Below, in pieces: positions 18,194-30,231 of a stretch of DNA of 64,000 bases. This DNA comes from Alphaproteobacteria bacterium (lineage in GTDB: Bacteria > Pseudomonadota > Alphaproteobacteria > Rickettsiales > SXRF01): the NCBI GenBank assembly GCA_020049775.1, contig JAGVLO010000013.1:37256-101255 (forward strand). Reading direction: 5' to 3'. How positions within the stretch are numbered: position 1 is the stretch's first letter; every line of letters begins with the position of its first letter. Made by a program: the position numbers and the translations under genes. The notes under the pieces are model-generated. The model ran no database searches. It was not told where the DNA came from and worked only from the letters and a program-made list of their open reading frames with translations.

Positions 18194-19075
18194 TTAAGCT
18201 GCCTTTTTCAGCAGCTGTGCCATGGTACGGCCAATGGCTGCCGGCGAGTCGGAAACGGTAATACCCGCGCTTTTCATTGCGTCAATCTTGTCTTCAGCAC
18301 CGCCGGAACCACCCGATACAATCGCGCCGGCATGGCCCATTCGGCGTCCGGGAGGAGCGGTACGGCCGGCGATAAAACCAACCACCGGTTTCTTGGCTTT
18401 GCTTTTCTTGATAAACTCGGCCGCCTGTTCTTCTGCATCACCGCCGATTTCGCCAATCATCACTATGGCTTGCGTTTCAGGATCACCAAGGAACATGTCA
18501 ATCACATCGATAAAGTTGGTGCCGTTGACCGGATCGCCGCCAAGGCCGACGCACGTGGACTGGCCAAGACCTTCGGCGGTCGTCTGTGCCACCGCTTCGT
18601 AGGTGAGTGTACCTGAGCGTGACACGATACCTATTTTGCCTTTTTTATGGATATGGCCGGGCATGATACCAATCTTGCATTCGCCAGGAGTGATAACGCC
18701 AGGGCAGTTAGGGCCAACCAGCCGCGTCTTGCTGCCGGATAAAGCGCGCTTTACCTTCACCATGTCAAGCACCGGAATGCCTTCTGTGATACAAATCACC
18801 AGCTCTATTTGCGCGTCAACTGCCTCTAAAATGGCATCAGCGGCAAATTTCGGCGGCACATAAATCACCGACGCATTGGCACCGGTCATGTGTTTTGCTT
18901 CTTCAACCGTGTTGAACACGGGTAGATCAATGTGCGACTGCCCGCCTTTGCCGGGGGTCACGCCACCAACCATCTTGGTGCCATACGCCACCGCCTGCTC
19001 GGAGTGATATGTACCTTCGCGGCCCGTGAAGCCCTGACAAATAACCTTGGTGTCTTTACCGATGAGAATGGACAT
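18194..19075 (-). CDS. sucD: Succinyl-CoA synthetase alpha subunit
   Basis: [17 protein letters not shown], and the phosphohistidine loop GHAGAI. Confidence 0.95.
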   Translation of the reverse strand: MSILIGKDTKVICQGFTGREGTYHSEQAVAYGTKMVGGVTPGKGGQSHIDLPVFNTVEEAKHMTGANASVIYVPPKFAADAILEAVDAQIELVICITEGIPVLDMVKVKRALSGSKTRLVGPNCPGVITPGECKIGIMPGHIHKKGKIGIVSRSGTLTYEAVAQTTAEGLGQSTCVGLGGDPVNGTNFIDVIDMFLGDPETQAIVMIGEIGGDAEEQAAEFIKKSKAKKPVVGFIAGRTAPPGRRMGHAGAIVSGGSGGAEDKIDAMKSAGITVSDSPAAIGRTMAQLLKKAA

Positions 19076-20247
19076 TATGCGGCCTTCCTTTTTACAGCCT
19101 GGACAATTTTTTCTGAAGCATCGGCAAGATTGTCCGCCGGAAGAATAGCAAGACCACTGGAAGCCAGCATCTTCTTGCCCAACTCAACATTGGTGCCTTC
19201 CAATCGCACAACCAGCGGAACATGCAGGTTGATTTCACGCGCGGCGGTGATGATGCCTTCTGCGATGATGTCGCAACGCATGATGCCACCGAAAATATTC
19301 ACCAGAATGCCTTCCACGTTCGGGTCAGACAAAATCAGCTTAAAGGCTTCCGTCACTTTTTCGCGGTTTGCGCCGCCGCCGACGTCAAGAAAGTTGGCAG
19401 GCGTACCGCCATACAGCTTGATGATGTCCATGGTCGCCATGGCAAGGCCGGCGCCGTTTACCATACAGCCGATATTGCCGTCCATCTTCACATAAGACAG
19501 GCCGAATTTGGCGGCCTTTTGTTCCAGTGGATCTTCTTCATCCGGATCGCGCAACTCGTAAATATCGAAATGGCGATAGAGTGCGTTTTCATCGAAATTA
19601 AACTTGGCATCAAGCGCCATCAGTTCGCCGGTGTCTGTAATCACCAGCGGGTTGATTTCCAGCTGCGAAGCATCGGTCTGTGTAAATGATTCATACAGGC
19701 GGTTGATGAAGAAATCGAACTTGTCGTGCAATTCTTTCGGCAATTCCAGCCCAAAGGCCAGCTTGCGCGAATGGTAGGGCTGCATGCCCGCCGCCGGATC
19801 GATAGAGAGCTTCAGGATTTTTTCCGGATGCTGGGCAGCGACTTCTTCAATATCCATGCCGCCTTCGCGTGATGCGATAAACGTGATACGCGAAGTGCCA
19901 CGGTCCACCACCAGACTTAAATATAACTCTTTGGCAATGCCTGTACCCTGCTCGATATAAACGCGCTTTACCAGCTTGCCTTCCGGACCGGTCTGGTGGG
20001 TAATCAGCGTCATGCCAATCATGCTTTTGGAGAGCGCTTCAACATCATCGAGCGACTTGGCAAGCTTCACACCGCCTGCCTTACCACGGCCACCGGCATG
20101 TATCTGGGCCTTAACCACCCAGAGTTTGCCGCCAAGACCCTGCGCCGCCAGCACCGCTTCACGCGGGGTGTAGGCTACCTGGCCCTTGGGCACCGGCACT
20201 TTGAATTTCGCCAATACCTGTTTGGCCTGGTACTCATGTATATTCAT
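19075..20247 (-). CDS. sucC: Succinyl-CoA synthetase beta subunit
   Basis: [11 protein letters not shown]-terminus and ATP-grasp motifs. The stop abuts the sucD start. Confidence 0.95.
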   Translation of the reverse strand: MNIHEYQAKQVLAKFKVPVPKGQVAYTPREAVLAAQGLGGKLWVVKAQIHAGGRGKAGGVKLAKSLDDVEALSKSMIGMTLITHQTGPEGKLVKRVYIEQGTGIAKELYLSLVVDRGTSRITFIASREGGMDIEEVAAQHPEKILKLSIDPAAGMQPYHSRKLAFGLELPKELHDKFDFFINRLYESFTQTDASQLEINPLVITDTGELMALDAKFNFDENALYRHFDIYELRDPDEEDPLEQKAAKFGLSYVKMDGNIGCMVNGAGLAMATMDIIKLYGGTPANFLDVGGGANREKVTEAFKLILSDPNVEGILVNIFGGIMRCDIIAEGIITAAREINLHVPLVVRLEGTNVELGKKMLASSGLAILPADNLADASEKIVQAVKRKAA

Positions 20248-20266
20248 CTAGATTTCTCCATGATAT

Positions 20267-21217
<951 letters not shown>

Positions 21218-21308
21218 TCATAGATCCTGTTTTAAAATGTTAAAAAATAGACGCAAAGCCTAACGCCTAAGGATTTACTAAGGGTTAATATTTGTTTGGC
21301 AAAAACAA

Positions 21309-22700
21309 TTAAGGCTCTGTGGTTACCTCTTTCATACCGAAATAGCGCTTAAAAGGCCCATTTTCCCAACTATTGGGGCGTGGCCCCAGTGGAAAATGAT
21401 AAACCATTGTTTTGTATGCAGGTATTTTTGCAACAACCACTGTGTCTTTGCCTTCGGCTTTAGCTGCTATGGTTTGCTCCATCTGTACAACTGAAATTTT
21501 TCTTTGTTCCGGCGCATTTTGATAGCTGTACCACAAATCATTAATGCCGCGGGCTATGGCGGGCGTAAGGGATACATATGTCATAAAGGCAAAAAGCGTT
21601 AGCAGCAGTATATTTGAAAATTTGACGCCGATGAATCTGGACAACGGATATCGTGCTGCCAGCCAGCTCACAAAGAAAAGCATTGATATAAAACATAAAA
21701 TACTGGGAAGCAGGATAGTCCTTGGCGATATCGCCCATCGAGCCCTGTATCCGTAAATAACCAAGAAAAATAACATGAAGCTTATCGCCAGCACGGTCAG
21801 CACATACAGCATAAACCGTCCATTGGTTTTGCAATATTTTACCGTGGGTGTTGCAACAAAATACGCACGCATGAATGCATACACGGTAATTTCAGCAAGG
21901 AATGGCAAAAACATAGCTTTATATGTTTGCATAGTGACAAGAGTTATATGCAGCATATCTGTGTGGCCACCAAGTCTTGCATAGTTACCGGGAGCAGCAA
22001 TATTGATTAGTAAACCTATAATATTGCCAATTAAGACCGCGCACATACGCCCGTAAAATAATTCGCGCCGCATATCTGTATTGGTAGCAAGATAAATGCC
22101 TATGCCGCCTATCATAACGAGGGGTTGTAGCTCATTATAACCCGCCACAAACGTAAAATAGGCTATTAAGCCGGCCCACAGATATCGCTCTTTTTTTACA
22201 TCACGCCCCTGGGTGCCAAATATAAAATATAGTCCCAAAAAAGCTAATGATGCGGGGACAACATACAAAATATTAAACGTATCGACGTAAAAGGCTTCTT
22301 CTTTGATATCTATGGGCAAAACAAGCATAAAAAAAGCGATGTCCGCCAATACGAATATCTTTGCCGTGTTACCCAAAGCTTTGTGTAAAAACAAAGCGAA
22401 TGAGATAAAGAACAGCGCTATGCTGGCAACAATAAATAAATTGGCGTGAAACGGAAATAAGAAAGACCCGTTTACCAGACTAAGGGTTAGGAGGCATGAG
22501 AATCTTCCAGAAAATGTCTGGTATGCAAAAACTAAGGTTCCGATATAGCCTTTGGTGTTGGTCCAGAAAGCATTATCCCAGTCATCCACTTGCGGGAAGG
22601 AGTAATACCCCAGAAAGGCATGAAGCAATAATATGGCTAAGCCCAACGCACAAACGCAAACAGCTAGCCTATTAGGGAGCTGACTAAATTTTTGTTGCAT
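21309..22700 (-). CDS. AT-rich polytopic membrane protein (463 aa), possible GT-C-type glycosyltransferase
   Basis: About 12 hydrophobic segments plus a roughly 70-aa C-terminal soluble tail. Codon usage is much more AT-rich than the flanking mdh and rho. Function is inferred from architecture only. Confidence 0.6.
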   Translation of the reverse strand: MQQKFSQLPNRLAVCVCALGLAILLLHAFLGYYSFPQVDDWDNAFWTNTKGYIGTLVFAYQTFSGRFSCLLTLSLVNGSFLFPFHANLFIVASIALFFISFALFLHKALGNTAKIFVLADIAFFMLVLPIDIKEEAFYVDTFNILYVVPASLAFLGLYFIFGTQGRDVKKERYLWAGLIAYFTFVAGYNELQPLVMIGGIGIYLATNTDMRRELFYGRMCAVLIGNIIGLLINIAAPGNYARLGGHTDMLHITLVTMQTYKAMFLPFLAEITVYAFMRAYFVATPTVKYCKTNGRFMLYVLTVLAISFMLFFLVIYGYRARWAISPRTILLPSILCFISMLFFVSWLAARYPLSRFIGVKFSNILLLTLFAFMTYVSLTPAIARGINDLWYSYQNAPEQRKISVVQMEQTIAAKAEGKDTVVVAKIPAYKTMVYHFPLGPRPNSWENGPFKRYFGMKEVTTEP

Positions 22701-22784
22701 TGCATAGCTCTGGAAATTTGAGGTTCAAGAGATGAATTAATACGCGAAAAATTAAGATGCGATTAATACTGGAATAAAATTAGC

Positions 22785-24152
22785 TCAGGAATTCATCTTA
22801 TCAAAGAACTCATCATTGGTCTTGGTTTCACCTAATTTCTCGAGCAGGAACTCGATACCGTCCATCGGACCCATGGGCGCAAGGATTTTGCGCATAACCC
22901 ACATCTTGGTAAGGGTTGCCTTATCGACCAGCAAGTCTTCCTTGCGCGTGCCGGACTTGGTGATGTCCATAGCCGGGTAGGTGCGCTTGTCGGCAAGCTT
23001 GCGGTCAAGGATGATTTCAGAGTTACCCGTACCTTTGAATTCTTCAAAGATCACTTCGTCCATGCGCGAACCTGTTTCGATAAGCGCCGTTGAGATGATG
23101 GTCAGGCTACCGCCATTTTCGATATTACGCGCCGCACCGAAGAAACGCTTAGGGCGCTGCAGGGCATTGGCATCCACACCGCCGGTGAGTACCTTGCCGG
23201 AGCTTGGGACTACCGTGTTATACGCACGCGCTAAGCGTGTAATTGAATCAAGCAGGATGACCACGTCTTTTTTATGTTCCACCAGTTTTTTAGCTTTTTC
23301 AATTACCATTTCCGCCAGCTGCACGTGACGGGTAGCCGGTTCATCAAAGGTAGAGCTGACAACTTCGCCCTTCACGGTGCGTTGCATGTCGGTCACTTCT
23401 TCAGGGCGCTCGTCAATCAGCAGCACGATGAGGAATGCGCCCGGATGATTGGCGGTGATGGAATGGGCGATATTCTGCAAAAATACGGTTTTACCGGTGC
23501 GCGGCGGCGCAACGATGAGTGCGCGCTGGCCAAAACCAAGCGGGGTGACAATATCAGCCACACGCATGGATAAATCTTTGCTTTGCTGCTGTTGCTGCCG
23601 ACGCCTGTGGGCATCTCTTGCGTTAGGCATGGCCGCAGGATTGACGGGTTTCTCTTCTGGCGGCTCCACGGTTTCGCTCATCTTGGAGCCGGTACCGGTA
23701 GGTTCGATTTCGAGTTTGATACGGCGCTCTGGATAGAGCGGCACGAGGTTGTCGAAATTGATGCGGTGGCGCACAGCCTCCGGATCATCATAGTTAATGG
23801 TGTTTACTTTCAGCAGGGCAAAATAGCGCTCTCCCTCTTTGGGTGCGCGGATTTCACCGGCTACGGTGTCACCCGTGCGCAAGCCGAAACGACGTATCTG
23901 GCTGGGGGAAACATAAATATCGTCGGGTCCGGCTAGATAATTGGCCAGCGGAGAACGCATAAAACCAAACCCGTCCTGTAATACCTCAATCACCCCTTTG
24001 CCGGTAATGGCTTCACCTTTTTCCGCCTGTTTCTTGAGAATGGCGAAAATCATTTCCTGTTTGAGCATAGTGCTGGCATTTTCAATTTCAGCAGTTTCGG
24101 CTAGCGCCAGCAGATCATCAGGGGTTTTTAGCTTAAGGTCTTGTAATTTCAT
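22785..24152 (-). CDS. rho: Transcription termination factor Rho (with extended inter-domain linker)
   Basis: N-terminal RNA-binding domain ([17 protein letters not shown]), Walker A APPRTGKT, and the remaining Rho motifs. About 36 extra residues relative to E. coli Rho lie between the domains. Confidence 0.95.
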   Translation of the reverse strand: MKLQDLKLKTPDDLLALAETAEIENASTMLKQEMIFAILKKQAEKGEAITGKGVIEVLQDGFGFMRSPLANYLAGPDDIYVSPSQIRRFGLRTGDTVAGEIRAPKEGERYFALLKVNTINYDDPEAVRHRINFDNLVPLYPERRIKLEIEPTGTGSKMSETVEPPEEKPVNPAAMPNARDAHRRRQQQQQSKDLSMRVADIVTPLGFGQRALIVAPPRTGKTVFLQNIAHSITANHPGAFLIVLLIDERPEEVTDMQRTVKGEVVSSTFDEPATRHVQLAEMVIEKAKKLVEHKKDVVILLDSITRLARAYNTVVPSSGKVLTGGVDANALQRPKRFFGAARNIENGGSLTIISTALIETGSRMDEVIFEEFKGTGNSEIILDRKLADKRTYPAMDITKSGTRKEDLLVDKATLTKMWVMRKILAPMGPMDGIEFLLEKLGETKTNDEFFDKMNS

Positions 24153-24343
24153 AAATAATAACGTGATTAGTTGGAGGGAATGAAAAAATGGATGGAAGGC
24201 GGATGGTTCAAGAACTGGATATTTGAGAAGGAAAGGCAGCTTTGCTGCGCAAGGACAAATCTAAGAGTAGAAGATGCAAGACATGTCCGATGCCCCAGAA
24301 TGTAAACAAAGCGCACACAAACGTCAATCTTTTTATTAACGAC

Positions 24344-24790
24344 TTAAAAGGGTTTGAACACCACTGTAAAGACAATAAGCACCATGAGAATGGCTGGTAC
24401 TTCATTGAAAATACGAAAGAAACGCTCGGATTGTGGTCGCTCGTCTCGCTCAAATTTGCGACGGTAACGCGCCATCAGCGCATGAGCAGTCTGCATCAGT
24501 ACCAAAAGCCCCAGCTTGCCGTGCAGCCATGCACCGTTCTGCTGTACATCGAAGGCGTTAATGGTAAAAGCCAGCCACAGGCCAAAAATCCACGACACTA
24601 TCATGGCCGGGTTGATGATGATACGAAGCAACCGCCGCTCCATGACTTTGAATAACTCTGATGCCTCACTGCCCACGGCCACCTGCGAGTGATAAACATA
24701 CAGGCGCGGTAAATATAGCATACCCGCCATCCATGACATAACGGCAATCAGATGCAGTGCTTTGAGCCAGTGATAAGTTTCATCAAACAT
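24344..24790 (-). CDS. hemJ: Protoporphyrinogen IX oxidase HemJ
   Basis: WLKALHLIAVMSWMAGMLYLPRLYVYH signature and 4-TM layout. Lies next to hemH and hemE. Confidence 0.8.
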   Translation of the reverse strand: MFDETYHWLKALHLIAVMSWMAGMLYLPRLYVYHSQVAVGSEASELFKVMERRLLRIIINPAMIVSWIFGLWLAFTINAFDVQQNGAWLHGKLGLLVLMQTAHALMARYRRKFERDERPQSERFFRIFNEVPAILMVLIVFTVVFKPF

Positions 24791-24809
24791 TGATTATCCT
24801 TTATACAGG

Positions 24810-25856
24810 TTATTCATTTACCACACAGGGGCATTCCGAAAAACTGCGCGGGCAGAAGCGTGTCTTGCCAGCAGGACAAATAGTGTCCGTGCGGTCAATG
24901 CCCCAGCATAAATTTGCCAGTGCATCGATAAAAAAACCTTCTGTGCATAGCGCTGGCACACGCCAGTAAGACGGTAGTTTTTTTTCCGCAGCCAGCTCAC
25001 GGTAATCAATATCAAGCTCCACCAGAGTTTCCGAATGCTCCGATACAAAAGCAATAGGCACAACAACAACAGGCACAGCATCTTTGCCCGCACGGTCAAT
25101 TTCATCCTCGGTGTAAGGGCCTATCCATTTCAGGCGGCCCACGCGGCTCTGGTAGCAGACCACATAATCAAGCTCGTCAATCGCCATCAAATCAACAATG
25201 GCTTTGGCCGTTTTTTCTATCTGCATCTGGTAAGGATCGCCTTTTTCAATTACTTTTTCCGGCAGACCGTGAGCAGAAAACAACACGCGCGGTTTTTGCG
25301 ATTCCGATGCTTTCCAATAGATTTCTTTAATCAGCTTTACATGCGATGCAATGAAGCTGTTATCCGTTGGATAACAGCAAATGGATGTTGTGGGGGTAGA
25401 CAGCCCTTCTTTGCGGCATGCTGCTTGCCAGTCATTGAATGAAGAGCCAGTCGTAGTAGTTGAAAACTGCGGATAAAGCGGAAGCAAAATAACATGGTCT
25501 GGTTCGTAGGCTTTTACTTTTTTTACTACAACACTGCTCATGGGATGCCAATATCGCATGGAAAAAAATACTTTGTATTCACCCTTGGATGAAATTTTGG
25601 CCGCAAGTAATTTTTGCAACGCTTCCGCCTGCGCATTGGTTTGTTCAAAAATAGGGGATTTGCCACCAAGCTTCTGATAAATGCCAATGGCTTTTTTTGC
25701 CCGTGTACTGGAAATTAATTTAGCCAGTAAATAGCGAAATGGGTTGGGAAGGCTGATAATTGCAGGGTCGTTGAATAAATTAAATAAAAACGGCTTTACT
25801 GCTTTTAGGCTATCCGGCCCGCCGAGATTGAATAATACAACCGCTGTCCTTGCCAT
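24810..25856 (-). CDS. hemH: Ferrochelatase (with C-terminal Cys cluster)
   Basis: VVLFNLGGP and SAHGLP motifs. The C-terminal CPAGKTRFCPRSFSECPC resembles the Cys-rich tail seen in [2Fe-2S] ferrochelatases. Start set at MARTAVV, 1 nt after the hemE stop. Confidence 0.9.
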   Translation of the reverse strand: MARTAVVLFNLGGPDSLKAVKPFLFNLFNDPAIISLPNPFRYLLAKLISSTRAKKAIGIYQKLGGKSPIFEQTNAQAEALQKLLAAKISSKGEYKVFFSMRYWHPMSSVVVKKVKAYEPDHVILLPLYPQFSTTTTGSSFNDWQAACRKEGLSTPTTSICCYPTDNSFIASHVKLIKEIYWKASESQKPRVLFSAHGLPEKVIEKGDPYQMQIEKTAKAIVDLMAIDELDYVVCYQSRVGRLKWIGPYTEDEIDRAGKDAVPVVVVPIAFVSEHSETLVELDIDYRELAAEKKLPSYWRVPALCTEGFFIDALANLCWGIDRTDTICPAGKTRFCPRSFSECPCVVNE

Positions 25857-25857
25857 A

Positions 25858-26895
25858 CTACGCGTAGCTCCTGATGAGTTCACTGAGCGCCAACACGTTA
25901 TCCGGCGGTGTTTCTGGTATCACGCCATGGCCTAGGTTGAAAATAAAACGCTTATCTCCAAATATGGATAATATACGCTTTGCCTCTTCCAGCATTGCAT
26001 TTTTGTCATAAGCCAGAAGCAGCTGGTCCAAATTTCCCTGCACTACTGTGTGTGGCTGCAAATGTTCCTTTGCCCATGACAGCGTAACAGAACCATCGAT
26101 ACTTACCGCGTCAACGCCTGTTTGTTTTACATAGTCAGTAATCTTACTTCCGCTCATGCGCGGAAATCCGATGACAGGAATAGATGGATACGCTTTTTTA
26201 ATGGCAGAAACTATTTTTTTTGTCGGTACAATAGACCAGTCGGAAAATTGTTTTTCTGATAATACACCGGCCCATGAGTCAAAAATCTGTATCACTTCTG
26301 CTCCCGCTTCTATCTGCGCGATAGCATGGCTAGATACCGCATCAGTCAGCATATCCACCAGCTTAATGAAAAATGCTGGATCTTTGTAAATCATAGTACG
26401 TGGTAATTGAAAATCCCTGCTACCCTTGCCTTCAATCATGTAGCAAGCCAGCGTCCACGGCGCACCGGCAAAACCTATCAGTGTTGTTTCAGCGGGTAAT
26501 GCTTTTCGTGTAAGACGTAACGCCTCATATACGGGAGAAAGATGCGAAGCAAAATTCTGGCGGCTTAGTAATTCCAGATCTTTGCTATTTTGTACCGGTT
26601 TTAGTATTGGCCCTTTTCCCTCCTCAAAACGAACATCCGCTCCTAGCGCATGCGGTATTACCAAAATGTCAGAAAATATAATCGCTGCGTCCATATTAAA
26701 ACGGCGTATAGGCTGCAACGTAACTTCACAAGCCTTATCCGGTGTATAACAAAAATCGAGAAAATTCTTCGCCTTTTTTCGTAATTCTTTATATTCCGGC
26801 AAATACCTTCCCGCCTGACGCATAAGCCAGAAGGGAGGTCTTCCTGAAAAGGAGGGAGTAAACGCAGACAGGAAATATTTTCCAGAATTATTCAT
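25858..26895 (-). CDS. hemE: Uroporphyrinogen decarboxylase
   Basis: PPFWLMRQAGRYLPEY signature and full-length similarity pattern. Confidence 0.95.
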   Translation of the reverse strand: MNNSGKYFLSAFTPSFSGRPPFWLMRQAGRYLPEYKELRKKAKNFLDFCYTPDKACEVTLQPIRRFNMDAAIIFSDILVIPHALGADVRFEEGKGPILKPVQNSKDLELLSRQNFASHLSPVYEALRLTRKALPAETTLIGFAGAPWTLACYMIEGKGSRDFQLPRTMIYKDPAFFIKLVDMLTDAVSSHAIAQIEAGAEVIQIFDSWAGVLSEKQFSDWSIVPTKKIVSAIKKAYPSIPVIGFPRMSGSKITDYVKQTGVDAVSIDGSVTLSWAKEHLQPHTVVQGNLDQLLLAYDKNAMLEEAKRILSIFGDKRFIFNLGHGVIPETPPDNVLALSELIRSYA

Positions 26896-27255
26896 ATCTA
26901 ATTAAATATAATTATAAGACTAATAGTAGTGGTAGTTGTAAGGTGAAGTTACGGGATTAAATAGTATCCCTTAGATATTGGCTATAGAAAACATACAGCC
27001 AGCAAAATGTGCATAAAAAGCGGATAACTATTCAAGATAATAAAATATATACATAAATACTACTGTTGCAAGAATTGCAAAGCGTGTATGAATGACGTTA
27101 TCCACATTTTTAACAGCGCGGCATTTAATCTGTACACCTGTGGATTCTTTGCACTGGAGAAAGCAAATAACTTTGCATAAAATAACCCCTGCTGGTTATG
27201 CCCATAACAGTTTACATGTTATGCACAGGTTTTTACAAAAGAGCGTTTTCTGGGT
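26896..27255. other. Probable chromosomal replication origin (oriC)
   Basis: 360-bp AT-rich gap between hemE and the RP001-like PDRP gene. DnaA-box matches: TTATCCACA 27098-27106 (9/9); TTATGCACA 27219-27227 and its complement at 27008-27016 (8/9); 27019-27027, 27139-27147 and 27196-27204 (7/9). AT-rich stretches lie at 26896-26935 and 27031-27065. Confidence 0.7.
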
Positions 27256-28086
27256 ATGAAAAATTTTAATCTCCATCTTATCTCCGATTCAACGGGCGAA
27301 ACAGTAAGCAGCGTTGCGCGTGCAGCCATTGCGCAATTTGATGATGTAGAGCCGGAAGAGTTCAGCTGGACACTGGTGCGCACCAAAACGCAGATGGAAA
27401 AAGTTATCGCCGAACTGCGGAAAAATCCTGGGCCGGTAATGTACACGTTGGTGGATAACGGCTTGCGCGACCTGCTGAAGATGGAATGCGCCCGCCTCGG
27501 TATTCCCTGCATACCCGTTATTTCCGGCATTGTCGCCGAGCTTTCCAGTTATCTCGGGCAGGAAACACACGCATCACCGGGTCGCCAGCATGAATTGAAC
27601 GAAGATTACTTCAGTCGTGTGGATGCCATTAATTATGCGCTGGCGCATGATGACGGGCAGGGGCATTGGGAACTTGAGCAGGCCGATATTGTATTGGTGG
27701 GCGTGTCGCGTACCTCGAAATCCCCGACCTGTATGTATCTTGCCTATAAAGGTTATAAGACTGCTAACATTCCCTTTGTTCTCGATATTCCGCTACCGCC
27801 TGCGCTGGAGCAGATTAAAAAGCCGCTTATCGTCGGGCTTACCATTAGTCCCGACCGCCTGCAGCAGATACGCAAAACGCGCCTGCAATCGCTCAAGCAG
27901 GAAGAAAACACCAACTATGTTGAAATGGAACATCTGCAGCGGGAGATTACCGAATCGCGCAAGCTTTACAGCAAGCACCGCTGGCCGGTGATTGACGTCA
28001 CCAAGCGTTCGGTGGAAGAAACAGCTGCTACCATTATCCAGTATGTAAAGAAGCATCAGGAAAAGCAGGAGGCAAAAAATGATTAG
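27256..28086 (+). CDS. Pyruvate,phosphate dikinase / PEP synthase regulatory protein (DUF299, RP001 homologue)
   Basis: LHLISDSTGET N-terminus and P-loop-like VGVSRTSKSPT. Confidence 0.85.
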   Translation: MKNFNLHLISDSTGETVSSVARAAIAQFDDVEPEEFSWTLVRTKTQMEKVIAELRKNPGPVMYTLVDNGLRDLLKMECARLGIPCIPVISGIVAELSSYLGQETHASPGRQHELNEDYFSRVDAINYALAHDDGQGHWELEQADIVLVGVSRTSKSPTCMYLAYKGYKTANIPFVLDIPLPPALEQIKKPLIVGLTISPDRLQQIRKTRLQSLKQEENTNYVEMEHLQREITESRKLYSKHRWPVIDVTKRSVEETAATIIQYVKKHQEKQEAKND

Positions 28087-28909
28087 CGGCAAAGCCAAGG
28101 TGGCGGGCGTCGTCGGCTGGCCGGTTTCGCACAGCCTGTCGCCTCGCCTGCATAATTACTGGTTGAGTCATTACAGTATTGACGGGCTTTATATTCCGCT
28201 GCCGGTTAAGCCAGAAGATTGTATCGAGGTAATCAAAATATTGCCCAAAATGGGCATACGCGGTGTAAACCTTACTTTGCCACATAAAGAACTGGTGATG
28301 CCGCTTTTGACGGATATGGACGATGATGCGCGCGCTATCGGTGCGGTCAATACGCTGATGATTTCTTACGATGGCACGATACAGGGTATGAATACCGATG
28401 CTTACGGCTTTATCAAAAATATCAGGCCGCATATCGGTACGCGTAAAAATAAAGCGGTGGTGCTGGGGGCTGGCGGCGCGGCAAGAGCAGTCTGCCATGC
28501 GTTGATTAAAGAGGGCTTTACCGAAATCATGCTGGCTAACCGCACGCAGGAAAAAGCCGACGCTCTGGCGGCGCATTTTGCCGGACGTATTCAGGTGCGC
28601 GCATGGGATCTCCGTAACAATATGCTGGAGGGTGCCGACCTTCTGGTCAATGCTACCAGCCTTGGCATGGAAGGACATGAGCCGCTTCCCATAAGCCTAG
28701 ATGCGCTACCCAAAACGGCGGTGGTGACGGATATTGTCTATATTCCGCTGGTGACACCGCTCATCAAGGCAGCCAAGGACCGTGGCAACCCTGTGGTGGA
28801 TGGGCTGGGTATGCTGATTCACCAGGCGGTGCCGGCATTCAAGGCATGGTTCGGTGTTAATCCTGAAATCACGCCGGAGCTTCGTAACATACTGCTAAAG
28901 GCAACCTAA
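28079..28909 (+). CDS. aroE: Shikimate dehydrogenase
   Basis: GWPVSHSLSP, NLTLPHK, and GAGGAARA NADP motif. Confidence 0.9.
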   Translation: MISGKAKVAGVVGWPVSHSLSPRLHNYWLSHYSIDGLYIPLPVKPEDCIEVIKILPKMGIRGVNLTLPHKELVMPLLTDMDDDARAIGAVNTLMISYDGTIQGMNTDAYGFIKNIRPHIGTRKNKAVVLGAGGAARAVCHALIKEGFTEIMLANRTQEKADALAAHFAGRIQVRAWDLRNNMLEGADLLVNATSLGMEGHEPLPISLDALPKTAVVTDIVYIPLVTPLIKAAKDRGNPVVDGLGMLIHQAVPAFKAWFGVNPEITPELRNILLKAT

Positions 28910-28911
28910 GC

Positions 28912-29508
28912 ATGGCGCGAAGGGTGCTTGTTCTTGGGCTGACCGGCAGTATCGGCATGGGAAAAACGACCGTCGGCCGCCAGCTGGAAAGCATGGGCGC
29001 GAAGCTTTGCAGTGCTGATGCTATTGTACACCGGCTCATGGGCGAAGGTGGAGGGGCGGTGGAAATTATCGCAAAGCAATTTCCCAAATCGCGCAAGGGT
29101 AATGCCATCGATCGCAAGGAATTGGGTGCAATTGTATTTAATGATAAGGAAAAGCTCAAACAGCTGGAAGCCATACTGCACCCGCTGGTGATAGCGGAAG
29201 AAAACCGCTTTATCGAGCAGCAGACCCGCATGGGCGCGCGTATGGTGGTGATGGATATTCCCCTGCTCTATGAAACGAACGGACAGAAACGCTGTGATTA
29301 TGTGCTGGTGGTAAGCGCCCCCGGCTTCCTGCAAAGGCAGCGTGTAATGAAGCGGCCGGGTATGACGGAAGAAAAATTCCGGCGCATATTGGCCTCGCAG
29401 ATGCCAGATCGTGCTAAGCGCAAACACGCCGATTTTGTTGTATCCACGGGCTTGGGGCGTGGTTATAGTTTCCGGCAGGCGGCTACATTTATCAAAGGTA
29501 TCAGATGA
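28912..29508 (+). CDS. coaE: Dephospho-CoA kinase
   Basis: [12 protein letters not shown]-loop and typical length. Confidence 0.9.
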   Translation: MARRVLVLGLTGSIGMGKTTVGRQLESMGAKLCSADAIVHRLMGEGGGAVEIIAKQFPKSRKGNAIDRKELGAIVFNDKEKLKQLEAILHPLVIAEENRFIEQQTRMGARMVVMDIPLLYETNGQKRCDYVLVVSAPGFLQRQRVMKRPGMTEEKFRRILASQMPDRAKRKHADFVVSTGLGRGYSFRQAATFIKGIR

Positions 29509-30200
29509 AACGCGAGATAGTACTAGATACGGAAACCACGGGGCTGGACCCAGCCAGCGGCCACCGCATTGTGGAAATTGGTTGTGTTGAGGTGATAGGC
29601 GCGATACGCACCGGCAATTTTTTTCATACCTACCTTAATCCGGAACGCGACATGCCAGACGAAGCTTTCCGGGTGCATGGGCTTTCTAGCCAGTTCCTGA
29701 AAGACAAGCCGGTTTTTGCTGAAAAGGTGGATGAATTTCTGGAGTTCCTTGCCGATTCTCCACTGGTGATCCATAACGCCGGTTTTGATATGCGCTTTAT
29801 CAATGCCGAGTTAGGCAATCTGGGTTTCAAGCCCATATCTATGGAGCGCACGCTCGATACGGTAATCTTGGCCAAGAAAAAATTCCCGGGTTCACCCGCG
29901 AGCTTGGATGCGTTGTGCAAACGCTTTGAAATTGATTTGTCGGTACGCACCAAGCACGGTGCGCTGCTTGATGCCGAATTGCTGGCTGAAGTGTATCTTG
30001 AATTGCTGGGGGGCCGTCAGGTCATGCTGTTGCTTGATAGCGCCGCAGCTGCCGAACAGAAAATATCGGCTGGACAGGATACCCTAAGGCAGCAGCTGGA
30101 AGCCCGTGTTTTTGAAGTATCGGGCGAGGAGGCGGAGGCGCATGAAGCCATGCTGGTAAAGCTCAAAAATCCGCTTTGGAAAAACACCCAAGCTTCTTAA
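29505..30200 (+). CDS. dnaQ: DNA polymerase III epsilon subunit (3'-5' exonuclease)
   Basis: ExoI VLDTETTG, ExoII HNAGFD, and Exo[17 protein letters not shown]. Confidence 0.95.
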   Translation: MKREIVLDTETTGLDPASGHRIVEIGCVEVIGAIRTGNFFHTYLNPERDMPDEAFRVHGLSSQFLKDKPVFAEKVDEFLEFLADSPLVIHNAGFDMRFINAELGNLGFKPISMERTLDTVILAKKKFPGSPASLDALCKRFEIDLSVRTKHGALLDAELLAEVYLELLGGRQVMLLLDSAAAAEQKISAGQDTLRQQLEARVFEVSGEEAEAHEAMLVKLKNPLWKNTQAS

Positions 30201-30231
30201 TTTCTGACTTCTTAAAAATTACGAAACGCAT

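Noticed and set aside
26896-27255. CtrA-binding sites (TTAA-N7-TTAA) in the putative origin.
   Set aside because: I found only near-misses (for example, TTAA pairs with the wrong spacing), so no claim of CtrA control is made.
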